Positions 48,839 to 58,596 of a DNA stretch of 64,000 bases are shown here, in pieces. A model generated the notes under the pieces. The model made no database searches, was not told where the DNA came from, and saw nothing but the letters and a program-made list of their open reading frames with translations. The stretch lies in the IMG/VR virus record IMGVR_UViG_3300035181_000357, positions 124,001 through 188,000 of that record. One strand, 5' to 3'. A program made the position numbers and the translations under genes. Every line of letters starts with the position of its first letter. Positions within the stretch are counted from its first letter, which is position 1.

Positions 48839-48913
48839 ATTCCTTGTTATACAATTGTATAAAGTAATAACTTAGGACCTACTCAGGTATTTCGATCAAA
48901 CAGGAGATCGCCA

Positions 48914-50434
48914 ATGAGATTCATAAACGAATACACCCAGAAATCAGCTAATACCCCAGAGATCAAGGTCTTCACTGATAAGAGCACATATCACAAGCTA
49001 GCGAAAGTAGCTTTGACTGGTGTACTAAACGGTCAGTACTACAAATCTGAGGACAAGATAGTCAGTGAACTAACTTCTGTAGTTGAGAAGATGGCAATCG
49101 AAGATCCTATCTTCTTGCTAAAGGCAGCTAAGGCTAGCCGTGCCCTCAACATGAAGTTGTTCCCTAAGCTAGCTGTCGCTGCTGTCCTATCGAAGTCACA
49201 GGACAAGTCTGTAGATCCAGAGATCGAAAAGATTCTGGCTACCTACAACCCAAACCAGCTTTTAGAGTTCATCTTGATGTTGAAGAACCGTCAGTATGGT
49301 TCTGGCCTGGGGTCTAGATCACAGAAGCTCGTCGCTCGTGGACTAGCTCGTGTCTCAGCTAAGCGTCTAGAGGATTGGACTCTGTCCGAAGGTTCTAGCC
49401 TTAACAGAATCCTACGTCTCGTTCACCCAACACTTAATCCAGTCGTCAAGTACGTCCTGAAGGCTGATAAGGAAGCAGAGTGGACTGATCGTCAGCGTGC
49501 ACTCGAGACCATCAAGATGCTTCAGCAGAAGAGAGAAGGGGATTACGAGGCTGAGGTAGCAGCATTAATCAAAGTCTACAATCTTCCATTCAATTCTTTG
49601 AAGGGTGTAATCTCAGCTACCAACAAAGCTGCCTGGGACGAGATCGCAGAGAACATGTCTGTGATCCAGCTCCTAATCAACCTCAAGTCCCTTGACAATA
49701 TGGGTGTGATGACCACTTCTAGACTTCGTCGTCTTCTAGATGCCAAGTTTGTAAAGGGCAAGACCAGGATTCTTCCTTTTGACATCATGCGGCCAATGGC
49801 TAATGCAGATGCTAAGTACAGGGATGTCTTGATCGAGTTCTTGGAGAAGCTAGTCCTAGATCCTATTCCATCCCTTGAGGGTAAGACCGTCGGTCTAATC
49901 TTTGACGGTAGTGGATCAATGGGTGGTCCTAACTATGCTGGTAGCCCATGGATGACTTCTATGGCCTTGGGTCTGCCTCTTATGTCCAGCTGTAATGTAG
50001 CTGAGTCCATCATCTATTCTACCACTGTCCGAAAGGCTCCAGAGTTCAGAAAGTATGATGGTGCAGAGAACTTCAAGCGTATCTCCGAGGCATTCCCATC
50101 TGGTGGAACCAACACCGATATGGCGATTGACCACTTCACCAAGAACAACATCGTTGTTGATGTTCTTGTTCTCATCACTGATGAGCAGCAGAACGGCTAC
50201 AGGTGTGGTGGATTCCAGAACGCCTGGGCAAGATACAGAAAGCTTCACCCAGAAGCAGAACTACTTATCGTAAACGCTACTCCATATGAGTGGCACATGA
50301 CAGAGACTGGAACCAATGGTGTCACCATCGTCCAGACTCTGACCCCAGCTGTTTACCAGATGATCCAGTACCAGGGTCAGGATATGGTAGACGTCATTTC
50401 CAACATGGAACTAGGAGACAGCAATGAAGATTAA
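48914..50434 (+). CDS. Ro60/TROVE-like ribonucleoprotein with C-terminal vWA domain
   Basis: Helical N-terminus, QLLINLKSL, MIDAS DGSGSM, GGTNT, LITDEQ. Confidence 0.7.
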   Translation: MRFINEYTQKSANTPEIKVFTDKSTYHKLAKVALTGVLNGQYYKSEDKIVSELTSVVEKMAIEDPIFLLKAAKASRALNMKLFPKLAVAAVLSKSQDKSVDPEIEKILATYNPNQLLEFILMLKNRQYGSGLGSRSQKLVARGLARVSAKRLEDWTLSEGSSLNRILRLVHPTLNPVVKYVLKADKEAEWTDRQRALETIKMLQQKREGDYEAEVAALIKVYNLPFNSLKGVISATNKAAWDEIAENMSVIQLLINLKSLDNMGVMTTSRLRRLLDAKFVKGKTRILPFDIMRPMANADAKYRDVLIEFLEKLVLDPIPSLEGKTVGLIFDGSGSMGGPNYAGSPWMTSMALGLPLMSSCNVAESIIYSTTVRKAPEFRKYDGAENFKRISEAFPSGGTNTDMAIDHFTKNNIVVDVLVLITDEQQNGYRCGGFQNAWARYRKLHPEAELLIVNATPYEWHMTETGTNGVTIVQTLTPAVYQMIQYQGQDMVDVISNMELGDSNED

Positions 50435-50903
50435 TATCGACTGTGGTGTAGAGAAGTATGTCATCAAGATTGATGATGGCGCTGTTTCTTTCAAGAATGG
50501 AGATCTGTTCTTGAAGTCTGATAGTGTCACCATCAATAGGAGTGTCTTCGAACCAACGAAGATCCTAGTAGTTCCAGATGCTGTCAAGACTAAGGGTCAG
50601 CAACTGAGAGAGCTCCGTGTTCAGTATGGCCTGACTCAGAAGGAACTTGCAAAGAAGCTATCACCAAATCCTAGCAGGTTTAGTAATGGTCTCACGGATA
50701 AAGACATCTCAAACTATGAAACAGGTAGGAAAGATGTTCCATTCTGGTTGCTACCACATGCTAAGGAATTGTTAGAAGCTGAGAAAGAGCAATGGGAACT
50801 CCGATCAGACGCGGATGGGTTATTATGTCGTGGGCGCCATTCTCGTCGTGTTCTGTCCAAGGCAGAGATTGGAAAGGCACTAGAGACTTCGAAGAAGCGA
50901 TGA
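50424..50903 (+). CDS. XRE-family HTH protein
   Basis: LRELRVQYGLTQKELA...ISNYETG. Confidence 0.7.
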   Translation: MKINIDCGVEKYVIKIDDGAVSFKNGDLFLKSDSVTINRSVFEPTKILVVPDAVKTKGQQLRELRVQYGLTQKELAKKLSPNPSRFSNGLTDKDISNYETGRKDVPFWLLPHAKELLEAEKEQWELRSDADGLLCRGRHSRRVLSKAEIGKALETSKKR

Positions 50904-51145
50904 GTTGGTGGATTAAGTTTAAGAAGCTGCTAGGTTTGGAAACGCTAATAGTTCATGGAATGTTCCCGGACGAATATGAACTATTAGCGTACCATATATC
51001 CTTCGAATCCACTAGAGGGGTATCTAGAAATAGTGCTATTAGAACTTGGGTTCTATCTAGGAACGAGTATTTAAGGAGAAAGAGAACTAACTTTGATTTT
51101 GTCGATGCAGATTCGAAGAGAAGGATATGGATAGAGGAACGATAA
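50900..51145 (+). CDS. Hypothetical protein
   Basis: ATGA overlap with upstream stop; 81 aa. Confidence 0.4.
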   Translation: MSWWIKFKKLLGLETLIVHGMFPDEYELLAYHISFESTRGVSRNSAIRTWVLSRNEYLRRKRTNFDFVDADSKRRIWIEER

Positions 51146-51243
51146 TAATGGATAGATAACTAAAAAGAAAATAGCTATTATCAAGAGAAAATTACTATAT
51201 CCTGCCTTTCATTTCGCTGATCCTGTGAGCACTGGGGGATGAT

Positions 51244-51429
51244 ATGACCAGAGATCCTAATGGTAATCTCGAACCACATACTTATCCTGAGTTAGTTGCT
51301 ATCATCAACGATCTAGATAAGAGAGTCCTCGCTCTAGAAACTGAACTCACAGAAGTCAAAAAGATAACTATTTCAGGTGCACGAGAAGCACATGATGTGA
51401 GAGTGATGGGTCCTATGAGGTTCAAATGA
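51244..51429 (+). CDS. Hypothetical coiled-coil protein
   Basis: 61 aa, coupled to next ORF. Confidence 0.5.
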   Translation: MTRDPNGNLEPHTYPELVAIINDLDKRVLALETELTEVKKITISGAREAHDVRVMGPMRFK

Positions 51430-51776
51430 GTTGGTCATTTATTTCTTCTCCTCCTGGTTGGTGGGCTATCTATTGTCGAGATGGTAATCGAATGGCTATG
51501 CCTATCGTCGCCTGGAGAATGGATACAGATAACCGTGATCCAGAGGATATTTTAAATAATCCTGAGGCAGCTTCTCCATACGGAGAGCCTATGATCCAAT
51601 CTGGTGATGGTATGCTAGAATCAGCGTTTGGTCAAGGTGGATATATTGGCCATGAACTGAAACAGCGATCTGATTTTCGAGATGGTTGGATGTTCGAATA
51701 TGCAGACTTCATTCCTAAAACCAAAGGCATTCTCCGTAGACCTAAGGGTGACTGTATCTGGTGGGAGCTAGTATGA
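51426..51776 (+). CDS. Hypothetical protein
   Basis: 116 aa, ATGA overlap. Confidence 0.55.
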   Translation: MSWSFISSPPGWWAIYCRDGNRMAMPIVAWRMDTDNRDPEDILNNPEAASPYGEPMIQSGDGMLESAFGQGGYIGHELKQRSDFRDGWMFEYADFIPKTKGILRRPKGDCIWWELV

Positions 51777-52108
51777 GAATCTTCGATGTCGTTGCATTCT
51801 CAATCATAGGTATTATCATGTACTTCATGGTCGCATGGGCTTTATCTGACATGTGCCTGATGCTCTTTGAGAAGTATGATATCAAGGTTCGTAAAACTAT
51901 ACATGTAGCTTGCTTTGCTGCAATGCCTCTCATGCTAGTTATAGTTACTATCTACGTCATGTATCTGATGATCGTAGGATTTGTGAATATCCTATATATC
52001 ATTGAAAAGAAATATGGCTATTTGATCTTGGTAAATAAGTTCCTTCGATGGATTAAGAGAAAGATCGTTAACTTCTTCAGATTTAGAGGTGAAGATGAAC
52101 AGGTATGA
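51761..52108 (+). CDS. Hypothetical membrane protein
   Basis: Two hydrophobic segments; likely start ATG 51773. Confidence 0.5.
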   Translation: MGASMRIFDVVAFSIIGIIMYFMVAWALSDMCLMLFEKYDIKVRKTIHVACFAAMPLMLVIVTIYVMYLMIVGFVNILYIIEKKYGYLILVNKFLRWIKRKIVNFFRFRGEDEQV

Positions 52109-52310
52109 ACAAACTAGCTACTAGATATGGATTTGGTGGTCATTTCAGATATGTAAAGAATGAAAATCCATCTAATGATCTACCATATCATAACATGTGT
52201 ACAGTTATCGAACTTTCTAACTGTAATATACATAACTAAGTATCCTTTGTCTGGTCTTCAAGGGAGAGTACTACGGTACCGGAGAAAGACCTAAATAATT
52301 ATTGGATGGG

Positions 52311-52336
52311 TAAGAGCCTGGGTTTCCAGGCTCTTA
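52311..52336 (+). terminator. Hairpin/terminator
   Basis: TAAGAGCCTGG-GTTT-CCAGGCTCTTA. Confidence 0.6.
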
Positions 52337-52354
52337 TTATAGAGGTTCATATCT

Positions 52355-52612
52355 ATGATTCAAGAATGGGTTCTACAAACCGTCCTATGTGATGATCCAG
52401 GAGCTATGGCAGTAGATTGGGACACTTTTAATATCGGTGTGGTAGAAGATGGGGTATTCAGGTCGATATACAGTTGCTGGTGTCTCCCTGATGCAGAACA
52501 TCTGTTATCAGCATTGCGTTGGTATTCCACATTCTCTAAAGATGGTATCATAAAAGAACCTGTACAACCTGTTCCTCAAACAAAGAAACGAAAGAAAGTA
52601 TCTGATGTATAA
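52355..52612 (+). CDS. Hypothetical protein
   Basis: 85 aa, AGAGG RBS. Confidence 0.55.
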   Translation: MIQEWVLQTVLCDDPGAMAVDWDTFNIGVVEDGVFRSIYSCWCLPDAEHLLSALRWYSTFSKDGIIKEPVQPVPQTKKRKKVSDV

Positions 52613-55052
52613 TCCTTTAACTGGTTTCGAAAATGATCCAAAGGTATCGAATTGTATTCGTGCTTTCGCTGAACATCCAGAGATTGCTGAAGAGATTAAA
52701 GCATACTATATCCTAGAAAAGGTAGACGATGATGGATATACAGAAGACCGTCATCTCATAGCAGAAACCACCTGGAAGACTGGTGATTTCATTCATTTCA
52801 CACATAAGATTGTAGGTAGAGACTTTCAAGATCCATATGAAGGTCACGAAGGTCCTACTGATGGTAGAGATTTTGAAGGTCAGTTTGCTATAATCCCAAA
52901 GAAGAGAGCAAAGAAGATCATAGATTTTCAGAAAGCTTTAGGAAAAGTTACTAAATATAGAAATCTTGAAGATATCCCAAAGAGAGAAGACATGAAGAAG
53001 AAATCTAGACTAGTGACTAAAAAATCTACCGGACCTACTTTGTATTCAAAGTTAGAAGATATCAAAAATGAAATCGATAAATATCTGAAGTGGGATCATG
53101 TCAATGACGACACAAATGAAGATATTCCAGAAGACAATATCACTGCCTCCTATAGACTGTATACAAAAGAAGGAATCATCATATTCTCTGTATCAGTCTT
53201 TGATAAGACGAAGAATGGAAATGAGATCTTCACCGGATTCTCTAAGCCAGGATCCGAACAATTTGAGAACACTGGTCTATATAATTTCAACAACGTGAAC
53301 AAGATGCTGAAGAATGTAGCTAATGTCGCAGCTACAAAATATCATATCGAGGAAGCACCTGTCGAAGATCTTCCAGAGATGGGTAACGATGATGACAAAG
53401 AATTCCTAAAGTCGATCGGGATTCGTTCTAGTCAGAAGAAGGCATATGCTCCTAATGTAGCTCAGGCAGCTAACACTTTTTTAGAGAAATACATTGGAAA
53501 GATTCTGTCTCCGAGTGAGTTGAAGGAAGCTATATCTTCCGTATCTAGTTCCTGGAAAGATGTAGTAAACTACATGAAAGATTTCAGTTTGATAGTACCT
53601 GATGGGAATAATTTTAAGATCTTAAATAGAGATATGGTGGATGACATGAAGATTCGTACTGGTTCAAAACATGCAGCAACTAGCCCAACTCCTCCTGGAG
53701 CTGCGTTGGTATCAGCGATCAAAAATCGTAAACAGAACCCTGAAGATTTCGAGACATTCAAGGCCTTGTTTAATGCCTTTAAAGAAGATTTCAGTGCAAC
53801 CAGCGGTCAGGAAGGATGCTACTACATCATGGAGCGTCTAGGATTCTTAGAGAAGGATATAAATCCTCTCTTAGGTTTGGGTAGTACTGGAACTCCTGAA
53901 GAGAAGTTCGTCAGAAATTATTGGGATGAAGTGAACCGTCAGTATGATGAAAAGAAGAATCAAGATCGTACTACCAAGTATGGCCCAGACTTAGTGGCTC
54001 TCTGTAAGGAAGTTTATGCCTACGCAAACCAGCCTGAGAATTACGAGAATGGCTGGGACACGGTTGCAGAAGCTTGGGACCTAGAAGAACTGGCTGAAGA
54101 GATTAAGGACTGCAAGACCTTGGATGAAGCTCTCTCGATTATGAAGCAATACAAGACAGCATCCTCAAAGACTGGTAAGCAGAAACGCTCGAGATTGATG
54201 AAGCGCAGAGCAGGGATCGAGTTAGATTGGGATCCAGCTACCAGAAGAGACATAGGTAGAGAAGAAGCCAGAGCTAGTGACAAGATCCTAAGAGATCTCG
54301 GCACATATGTAGAGAAATTAAAATCTAGCCTGATACAAAATGGTGTATCTCTTGGCCAAGCTCTATCAAACATGAATCTGAAAGAGTTATTCACCTCTAC
54401 TGACTATACAAAGAGATCGCTCGGTAACAAGTTGAGATCACAGACAGAACAGTTCCTAAAGAACTATCCAGAGAAGGAACAGAACTTCTTTAAAGAGAAT
54501 TATGGACAGAACATTTCAGATATTCTAAGAAAAGTGGTAAAGACTAGTAATATAGATCCACAGATGTATGATATCAAACCTGATATCTCTCAAGATGTAT
54601 TGGAGAAGAAGTCCATGGATGCAGATCGTTACTATGGTGGACCTGACGAGAGTGGTCCAGATCCCGACGAAGTTACACAAGCACTAGTCTCTAAGTTCCC
54701 AATGGCTTTAGGGTTCATTTCTCAGAAGATAGATCCTCAGAGTCCTGACTGGGATATCATGAATAAAGTCAGTGACGAGATGTATCCAAAGGAATTTATC
54801 GACAGAGTAGAGGTTGATCTTTGGGATGGTGATGACGTATACTATTTCGATTATGATGTAGACGCTTCTGAGATTGAGCAGATCAATGCCAATTTCTTGA
54901 AGAGACAACATGAGTTGGGTTCTACGAATCCTGAACCTCTCTGCAAGCTCGAACTCGTCCCATATCACGAGCTACCCAATAAGGTCATTGAGAAGCTAGA
55001 AGAAGACTTCGAAGACTATGTGGACCTGGATCCTGAACCATGGGTTGATTAA
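52605..55052 (+). CDS. Large acidic multi-segment hypothetical protein (candidate internal virion protein)
   Basis: 815 aa; acidic blocks separated by short basic linkers. Confidence 0.65.
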   Translation: MYNPLTGFENDPKVSNCIRAFAEHPEIAEEIKAYYILEKVDDDGYTEDRHLIAETTWKTGDFIHFTHKIVGRDFQDPYEGHEGPTDGRDFEGQFAIIPKKRAKKIIDFQKALGKVTKYRNLEDIPKREDMKKKSRLVTKKSTGPTLYSKLEDIKNEIDKYLKWDHVNDDTNEDIPEDNITASYRLYTKEGIIIFSVSVFDKTKNGNEIFTGFSKPGSEQFENTGLYNFNNVNKMLKNVANVAATKYHIEEAPVEDLPEMGNDDDKEFLKSIGIRSSQKKAYAPNVAQAANTFLEKYIGKILSPSELKEAISSVSSSWKDVVNYMKDFSLIVPDGNNFKILNRDMVDDMKIRTGSKHAATSPTPPGAALVSAIKNRKQNPEDFETFKALFNAFKEDFSATSGQEGCYYIMERLGFLEKDINPLLGLGSTGTPEEKFVRNYWDEVNRQYDEKKNQDRTTKYGPDLVALCKEVYAYANQPENYENGWDTVAEAWDLEELAEEIKDCKTLDEALSIMKQYKTASSKTGKQKRSRLMKRRAGIELDWDPATRRDIGREEARASDKILRDLGTYVEKLKSSLIQNGVSLGQALSNMNLKELFTSTDYTKRSLGNKLRSQTEQFLKNYPEKEQNFFKENYGQNISDILRKVVKTSNIDPQMYDIKPDISQDVLEKKSMDADRYYGGPDESGPDPDEVTQALVSKFPMALGFISQKIDPQSPDWDIMNKVSDEMYPKEFIDRVEVDLWDGDDVYYFDYDVDASEIEQINANFLKRQHELGSTNPEPLCKLELVPYHELPNKVIEKLEEDFEDYVDLDPEPWVD

Positions 55053-55078
55053 GTCCACTATCTATAGTAAATAGTAAA

Positions 55079-55111
55079 TTGTCTCCTGGTACCATAAAAC
55101 GGTAATCTAGT
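55079..55111 (+). promoter_or_regulatory. Conserved phage promoter motif, copy 6
   Basis: TTGTCT-N18-TAATCT-AGT. Confidence 0.75.
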
Positions 55112-55134
55112 CTAGTTCCTTTCTGGAGGTAGAC

Positions 55135-55641
55135 ATGCTGTTAATCAACCAGTGTCCAGTTTGTGGTGCTAGCACTCGTGAACATAAGCCTGGTGGAGAA
55201 TATCCTGGATACAAGGAGACTAGGAACCAGTGTCTTGGTTGTGAACCTGGTCGTCCCAAGCAGATCACGATGCTCTATACCACAAGCGATGCTGGCAACA
55301 AGCCTTGCTACACCCATTTCAAGGCGTCTTCTGACTATCGAGAGATCCAGAAGCATCTCCGAGAGAACAGCACAACGATGGGTTTCTCCATCCAGTACGC
55401 CTACAATCCTGATACCAAGCACGTGGTATCAATCATGGTTAAGGGTAAGATGGGCTTGAAGCTTACCAAGAAATTCGTGGAACTCGGATACAGTGAATGG
55501 TTCTATTCTCATTCTTTCAGTACCAAGAAATTCCTGCTTCCCAGTGGTGAAGTCGTAACCTTGAAGCCTGAGGACGACCTCGACCTCGTGTCAACAACCG
55601 ACATAATGCCCTGGGCACGTGCCTTCGGATATGTCAACTAG
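55135..55641 (+). CDS. Hypothetical protein with N-terminal Cys pairs
   Basis: CPVC...CLGC; GGAGG RBS. Confidence 0.65.
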   Translation: MLLINQCPVCGASTREHKPGGEYPGYKETRNQCLGCEPGRPKQITMLYTTSDAGNKPCYTHFKASSDYREIQKHLRENSTTMGFSIQYAYNPDTKHVVSIMVKGKMGLKLTKKFVELGYSEWFYSHSFSTKKFLLPSGEVVTLKPEDDLDLVSTTDIMPWARAFGYVN

Positions 55642-55652
55642 GAGAAGAACAA

Positions 55653-55982
55653 ATGTCTGATTACGATGGAAACGATCTCAGTGTCCTCGCTGTCCTCGGA
55701 GTGATCGTCGCTATCCCCCTAACCATTATCACCACAGGATATACTCTTTCTGTGTTGTGGGGATGGTTCGTCCTTCGACTCTTCCCAAGCCTTCCTCCTC
55801 TCTCGATTCCTCTGGCTGTCGGGTTGTCGATGACAGTTCGCTATGTCACCAACCAGAGCTTCGATTGTGCCAAGGACGATAGCAAGAGTCCAGTCGAAAA
55901 GCTGATCTACGCTATCTTCACTCCCTTCGCCACATGTGGATTCGTACTGTTGTTTGGTTGGATCCTCCTCAAGTTCATGTAA
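55653..55982 (+). CDS. Hypothetical membrane protein
   Basis: Several hydrophobic helices; AGGAG RBS. Confidence 0.6.
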   Translation: MSDYDGNDLSVLAVLGVIVAIPLTIITTGYTLSVLWGWFVLRLFPSLPPLSIPLAVGLSMTVRYVTNQSFDCAKDDSKSPVEKLIYAIFTPFATCGFVLLFGWILLKFM

Positions 55983-55991
55983 GAGGCTACC

Positions 55992-56246
55992 ATGTTCCAT
56001 GGAAGTACCAGGAGTGATTTTGCTCTGAGTATGATTCAGGCTCGAGAGATGAACGTGGATCCTGAGATCATGCGATTGCTCGAAGATTTCGAAGCTGCGT
56101 ACGAACGAGCTTTCAAGTTTGCGATCGAACTCAAGAAACATAAGAATTTTGAAGACATCGGTGAACTACTCCGGCTTGAACTTTTCGGAGACAAAGAAGC
56201 TATCGATGATCTCTATAAAGAAATCAAAAACCGAAAGAGGGTGTAG
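55992..56246 (+). CDS. Hypothetical protein
   Basis: 84 aa. Confidence 0.55.
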   Translation: MFHGSTRSDFALSMIQAREMNVDPEIMRLLEDFEAAYERAFKFAIELKKHKNFEDIGELLRLELFGDKEAIDDLYKEIKNRKRV

Positions 56247-56247
56247 T

Positions 56248-56742
56248 TTGAAGAAGTCGCATAAGGTCATCATCCTGGCTGGTATCCCTGGTTCTGGAAA
56301 ATCCACCTATATTGAAGGTCTGATGAAGACTTTCAGTGAAGACATCTCGGTATCTATCGTGTCTGCCGATCACTATTTCATCAAGTACGGTACGTACAAG
56401 TATGTGGCACATGATATCCCACATGCTCACAAGCAGTGTCAGAACAGGTTCTCTGACGCTCTGGACATGGACGTTGACGTTATCTTTGTAGACAACACCA
56501 ACATCCTGAGTAAGCATCGCAAGCCATACGTCCAGGAGGCTCTGGATTGTGGCTATGAGGTTGAGATTCATGCTCTTCCTGCAGATGTCGAGGCTAGTGC
56601 AAGTAGGAACATTCACGGTGTGGACCTGGATGTCTGTCAGCGAATGTTCGATTCTTTCGATCTGGAGTTTGGAACTATCTACGACCATAAGCGTCAGAAG
56701 ATTGGGACTATCACCAAGGAACAGGTAGGCTTGAGTGGCTAA
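56248..56742 (+). CDS. Polynucleotide 5'-kinase-like P-loop protein (AAA_33 type), no phosphatase domain
   Basis: ILAGIPGSGKST, VSADHY, VDNTN, RNIHGV; TTG start after AGAGG (track start 56119). Confidence 0.8.
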   Translation: MKKSHKVIILAGIPGSGKSTYIEGLMKTFSEDISVSIVSADHYFIKYGTYKYVAHDIPHAHKQCQNRFSDALDMDVDVIFVDNTNILSKHRKPYVQEALDCGYEVEIHALPADVEASASRNIHGVDLDVCQRMFDSFDLEFGTIYDHKRQKIGTITKEQVGLSG

Positions 56743-57130
56743 ACAGCTATCATGTGGTGTCCTGGTTACACACAAGAATTCACTTCTTCTATGTCATGTA
56801 ACTGGGACTTACAATCGTTGGGATATTCCTAAAGGAATGCCTAATGATGGAGAAGATCACGTAGCTGCTGCTGTTCGAGAACTCAACGAAGAAACAGGGA
56901 TTGTACTCGGTGTTAACTACAGAGAGTTGGGTTACACCGAGTACACCAAGACGAAGGATTTGTTCCTTCTCTACCATGAAGGTCTGTACGAAGTATCGGA
57001 TATGACCTGTTTGTCGTTCTTTGAAGATGATCGTCCAGAGATGGATGGTTTTAGGTATTTTGATTTTAATGAAATTGTTGGCCACGTCACACCTAATCTG
57101 TATAAGGTATTGACTAAGTTCTTAGGGTGA
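56735..57130 (+). CDS. Nudix hydrolase
   Basis: PKG...GEDHVAAAVRELNEETGI Nudix box. Confidence 0.9.
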   Translation: MAKQLSCGVLVTHKNSLLLCHVTGTYNRWDIPKGMPNDGEDHVAAAVRELNEETGIVLGVNYRELGYTEYTKTKDLFLLYHEGLYEVSDMTCLSFFEDDRPEMDGFRYFDFNEIVGHVTPNLYKVLTKFLG

Positions 57131-57133
57131 GTT

Positions 57134-58225
57134 ATGGAAAGAAAGCTAGTAACTATTAGAGAGATCGCTGCAGTGAATCCTATCCCCGATGCAGATGCCA
57201 TCGAGGTGGTAACTGTAGATGGATGGAAAGTGGTCTCCAAGAAAAATGAGTTCAAGCCAGGAGATCTCTGCCTATACTTCGAGATCGACAGCTTCCTACC
57301 TATCAAGCCAGAGTATGAGTTTCTGCGTAAGAGTAGCTACAAGAAGGTCATCGATGGTACGGAAGGATTCAGACTCAAGACCGTAAAACTGCGTGGTCAG
57401 ATCAGCCAAGGTCTGGTTATGCCTATCTCAGAAGATATTCTGAAGACTCTGGCTCCAGTAGCTAGTTCGGATCTCAGGACTCTTCTGGACCAAGATCTCA
57501 CCGAGTTGTTTGGTGTGACCAAGTGGGAGCCACCTCTGTCTGCCTGTCTTTCTGGGTTGGTTAAGGGTAACTTCCCATCACATACTCCGAAGTCTGGCCA
57601 GGAGCGTATCCAGAATCTGAAATACTTCTTCGAACTCTATAAAGATGAAGAGTTCGAGATGAGTCTGAAACTCGATGGAAGTTCATGCACTATGTATTTG
57701 GATCGAGAGGATGTCTTTGGAGTCTGTTCACGTAATCTGGATCTGAAACCAGACGAGAGCAATAGCTTCTGGAAACAAGCCTATATTCATGGTGTTGAAG
57801 ACAGACTCAAGATAATTCATTCTGTATCTGGGTTGAATCTCAGTATCCAAGCTGAATTGGTTGGGGAAGGAATTCAGGAGAACCACGAGAAGATCAAGGG
57901 CCAAGATCTGTATGTCTTCAATATCTGGGACCAACACCTCGGACGATCCTTGACCCCATCTGAACGACATGCTACACTGGATGCTCTAAACGATCTCCAG
58001 GTCTTAGGTTCCAAGCCACTTAAACATGTCCCTGTAATTGGGTATGAGAAGGTCTTCACCAAGTATCAGACACTAGAAGCTCTCTTTGAATTCGTGGAAA
58101 GCCTAGCTGGGATGAATCCTGGTGTAATCCTCGAAGGCGTAGTGTTCAAGAGTGTAAGACCTATAAATGGTAGCATTGTAAGCTTTAAGATCGTCAGCAA
58201 TAAGTACCTTCTTTCCAAGAAATAA
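57134..58225 (+). CDS. ATP-dependent RNA ligase, Rnl2-related DRB0094-type
   Basis: N-terminal RKLVTIREI...DAIE, motif I KLDGSS, AELVGEGIQ, FNIW, EGVVFK, SFKIVSNKYL. Confidence 0.9.
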   Translation: MERKLVTIREIAAVNPIPDADAIEVVTVDGWKVVSKKNEFKPGDLCLYFEIDSFLPIKPEYEFLRKSSYKKVIDGTEGFRLKTVKLRGQISQGLVMPISEDILKTLAPVASSDLRTLLDQDLTELFGVTKWEPPLSACLSGLVKGNFPSHTPKSGQERIQNLKYFFELYKDEEFEMSLKLDGSSCTMYLDREDVFGVCSRNLDLKPDESNSFWKQAYIHGVEDRLKIIHSVSGLNLSIQAELVGEGIQENHEKIKGQDLYVFNIWDQHLGRSLTPSERHATLDALNDLQVLGSKPLKHVPVIGYEKVFTKYQTLEALFEFVESLAGMNPGVILEGVVFKSVRPINGSIVSFKIVSNKYLLSKK

Positions 58226-58228
58226 GAA

Positions 58229-58261
58229 TTGTCTGATTTACGAATTATTAAGTAACCTAAT
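58229..58261 (+). promoter_or_regulatory. Conserved phage promoter motif, copy 7, heading the RNA-gene island
   Basis: TTGTCT-N18-TAACCT-AAT. Confidence 0.6.
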
Positions 58262-58596
58262 AATGCCCGACGAAGTTTGCCCTGAAACCAAGTTAGAAAT
58301 TTCTTGTTCAGAGCCTGGTTGGTTGGGTAATAAGTGAAGTGAAGCGGCTGAGGCCACCCTGCTCTCTGAAAAATCAATAACTTAATGGTATCGAACGCAT
58401 CCGAGATTCAGGTCTCCGATGCTGAGATGAAACCACTACCTTTCCTGAATCTTAGAAATAAGGCTGTCGTGAGACTGCCTGTTTCCGTATGATTGCAGGA
58501 GGTTCCAACAAAATGTGGTCGCAGTTTATGGATGAAACTGCAGATATCTAGTATATGCCTGGTTCTCGATGATCCTATAAAATCGAAAACGAATTT

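Noticed and set aside
52105-52239. 44-aa ORF containing NDLPYHN, possibly an HD-domain remnant
   Set aside because: Too short and similarity rests on one motif; not called
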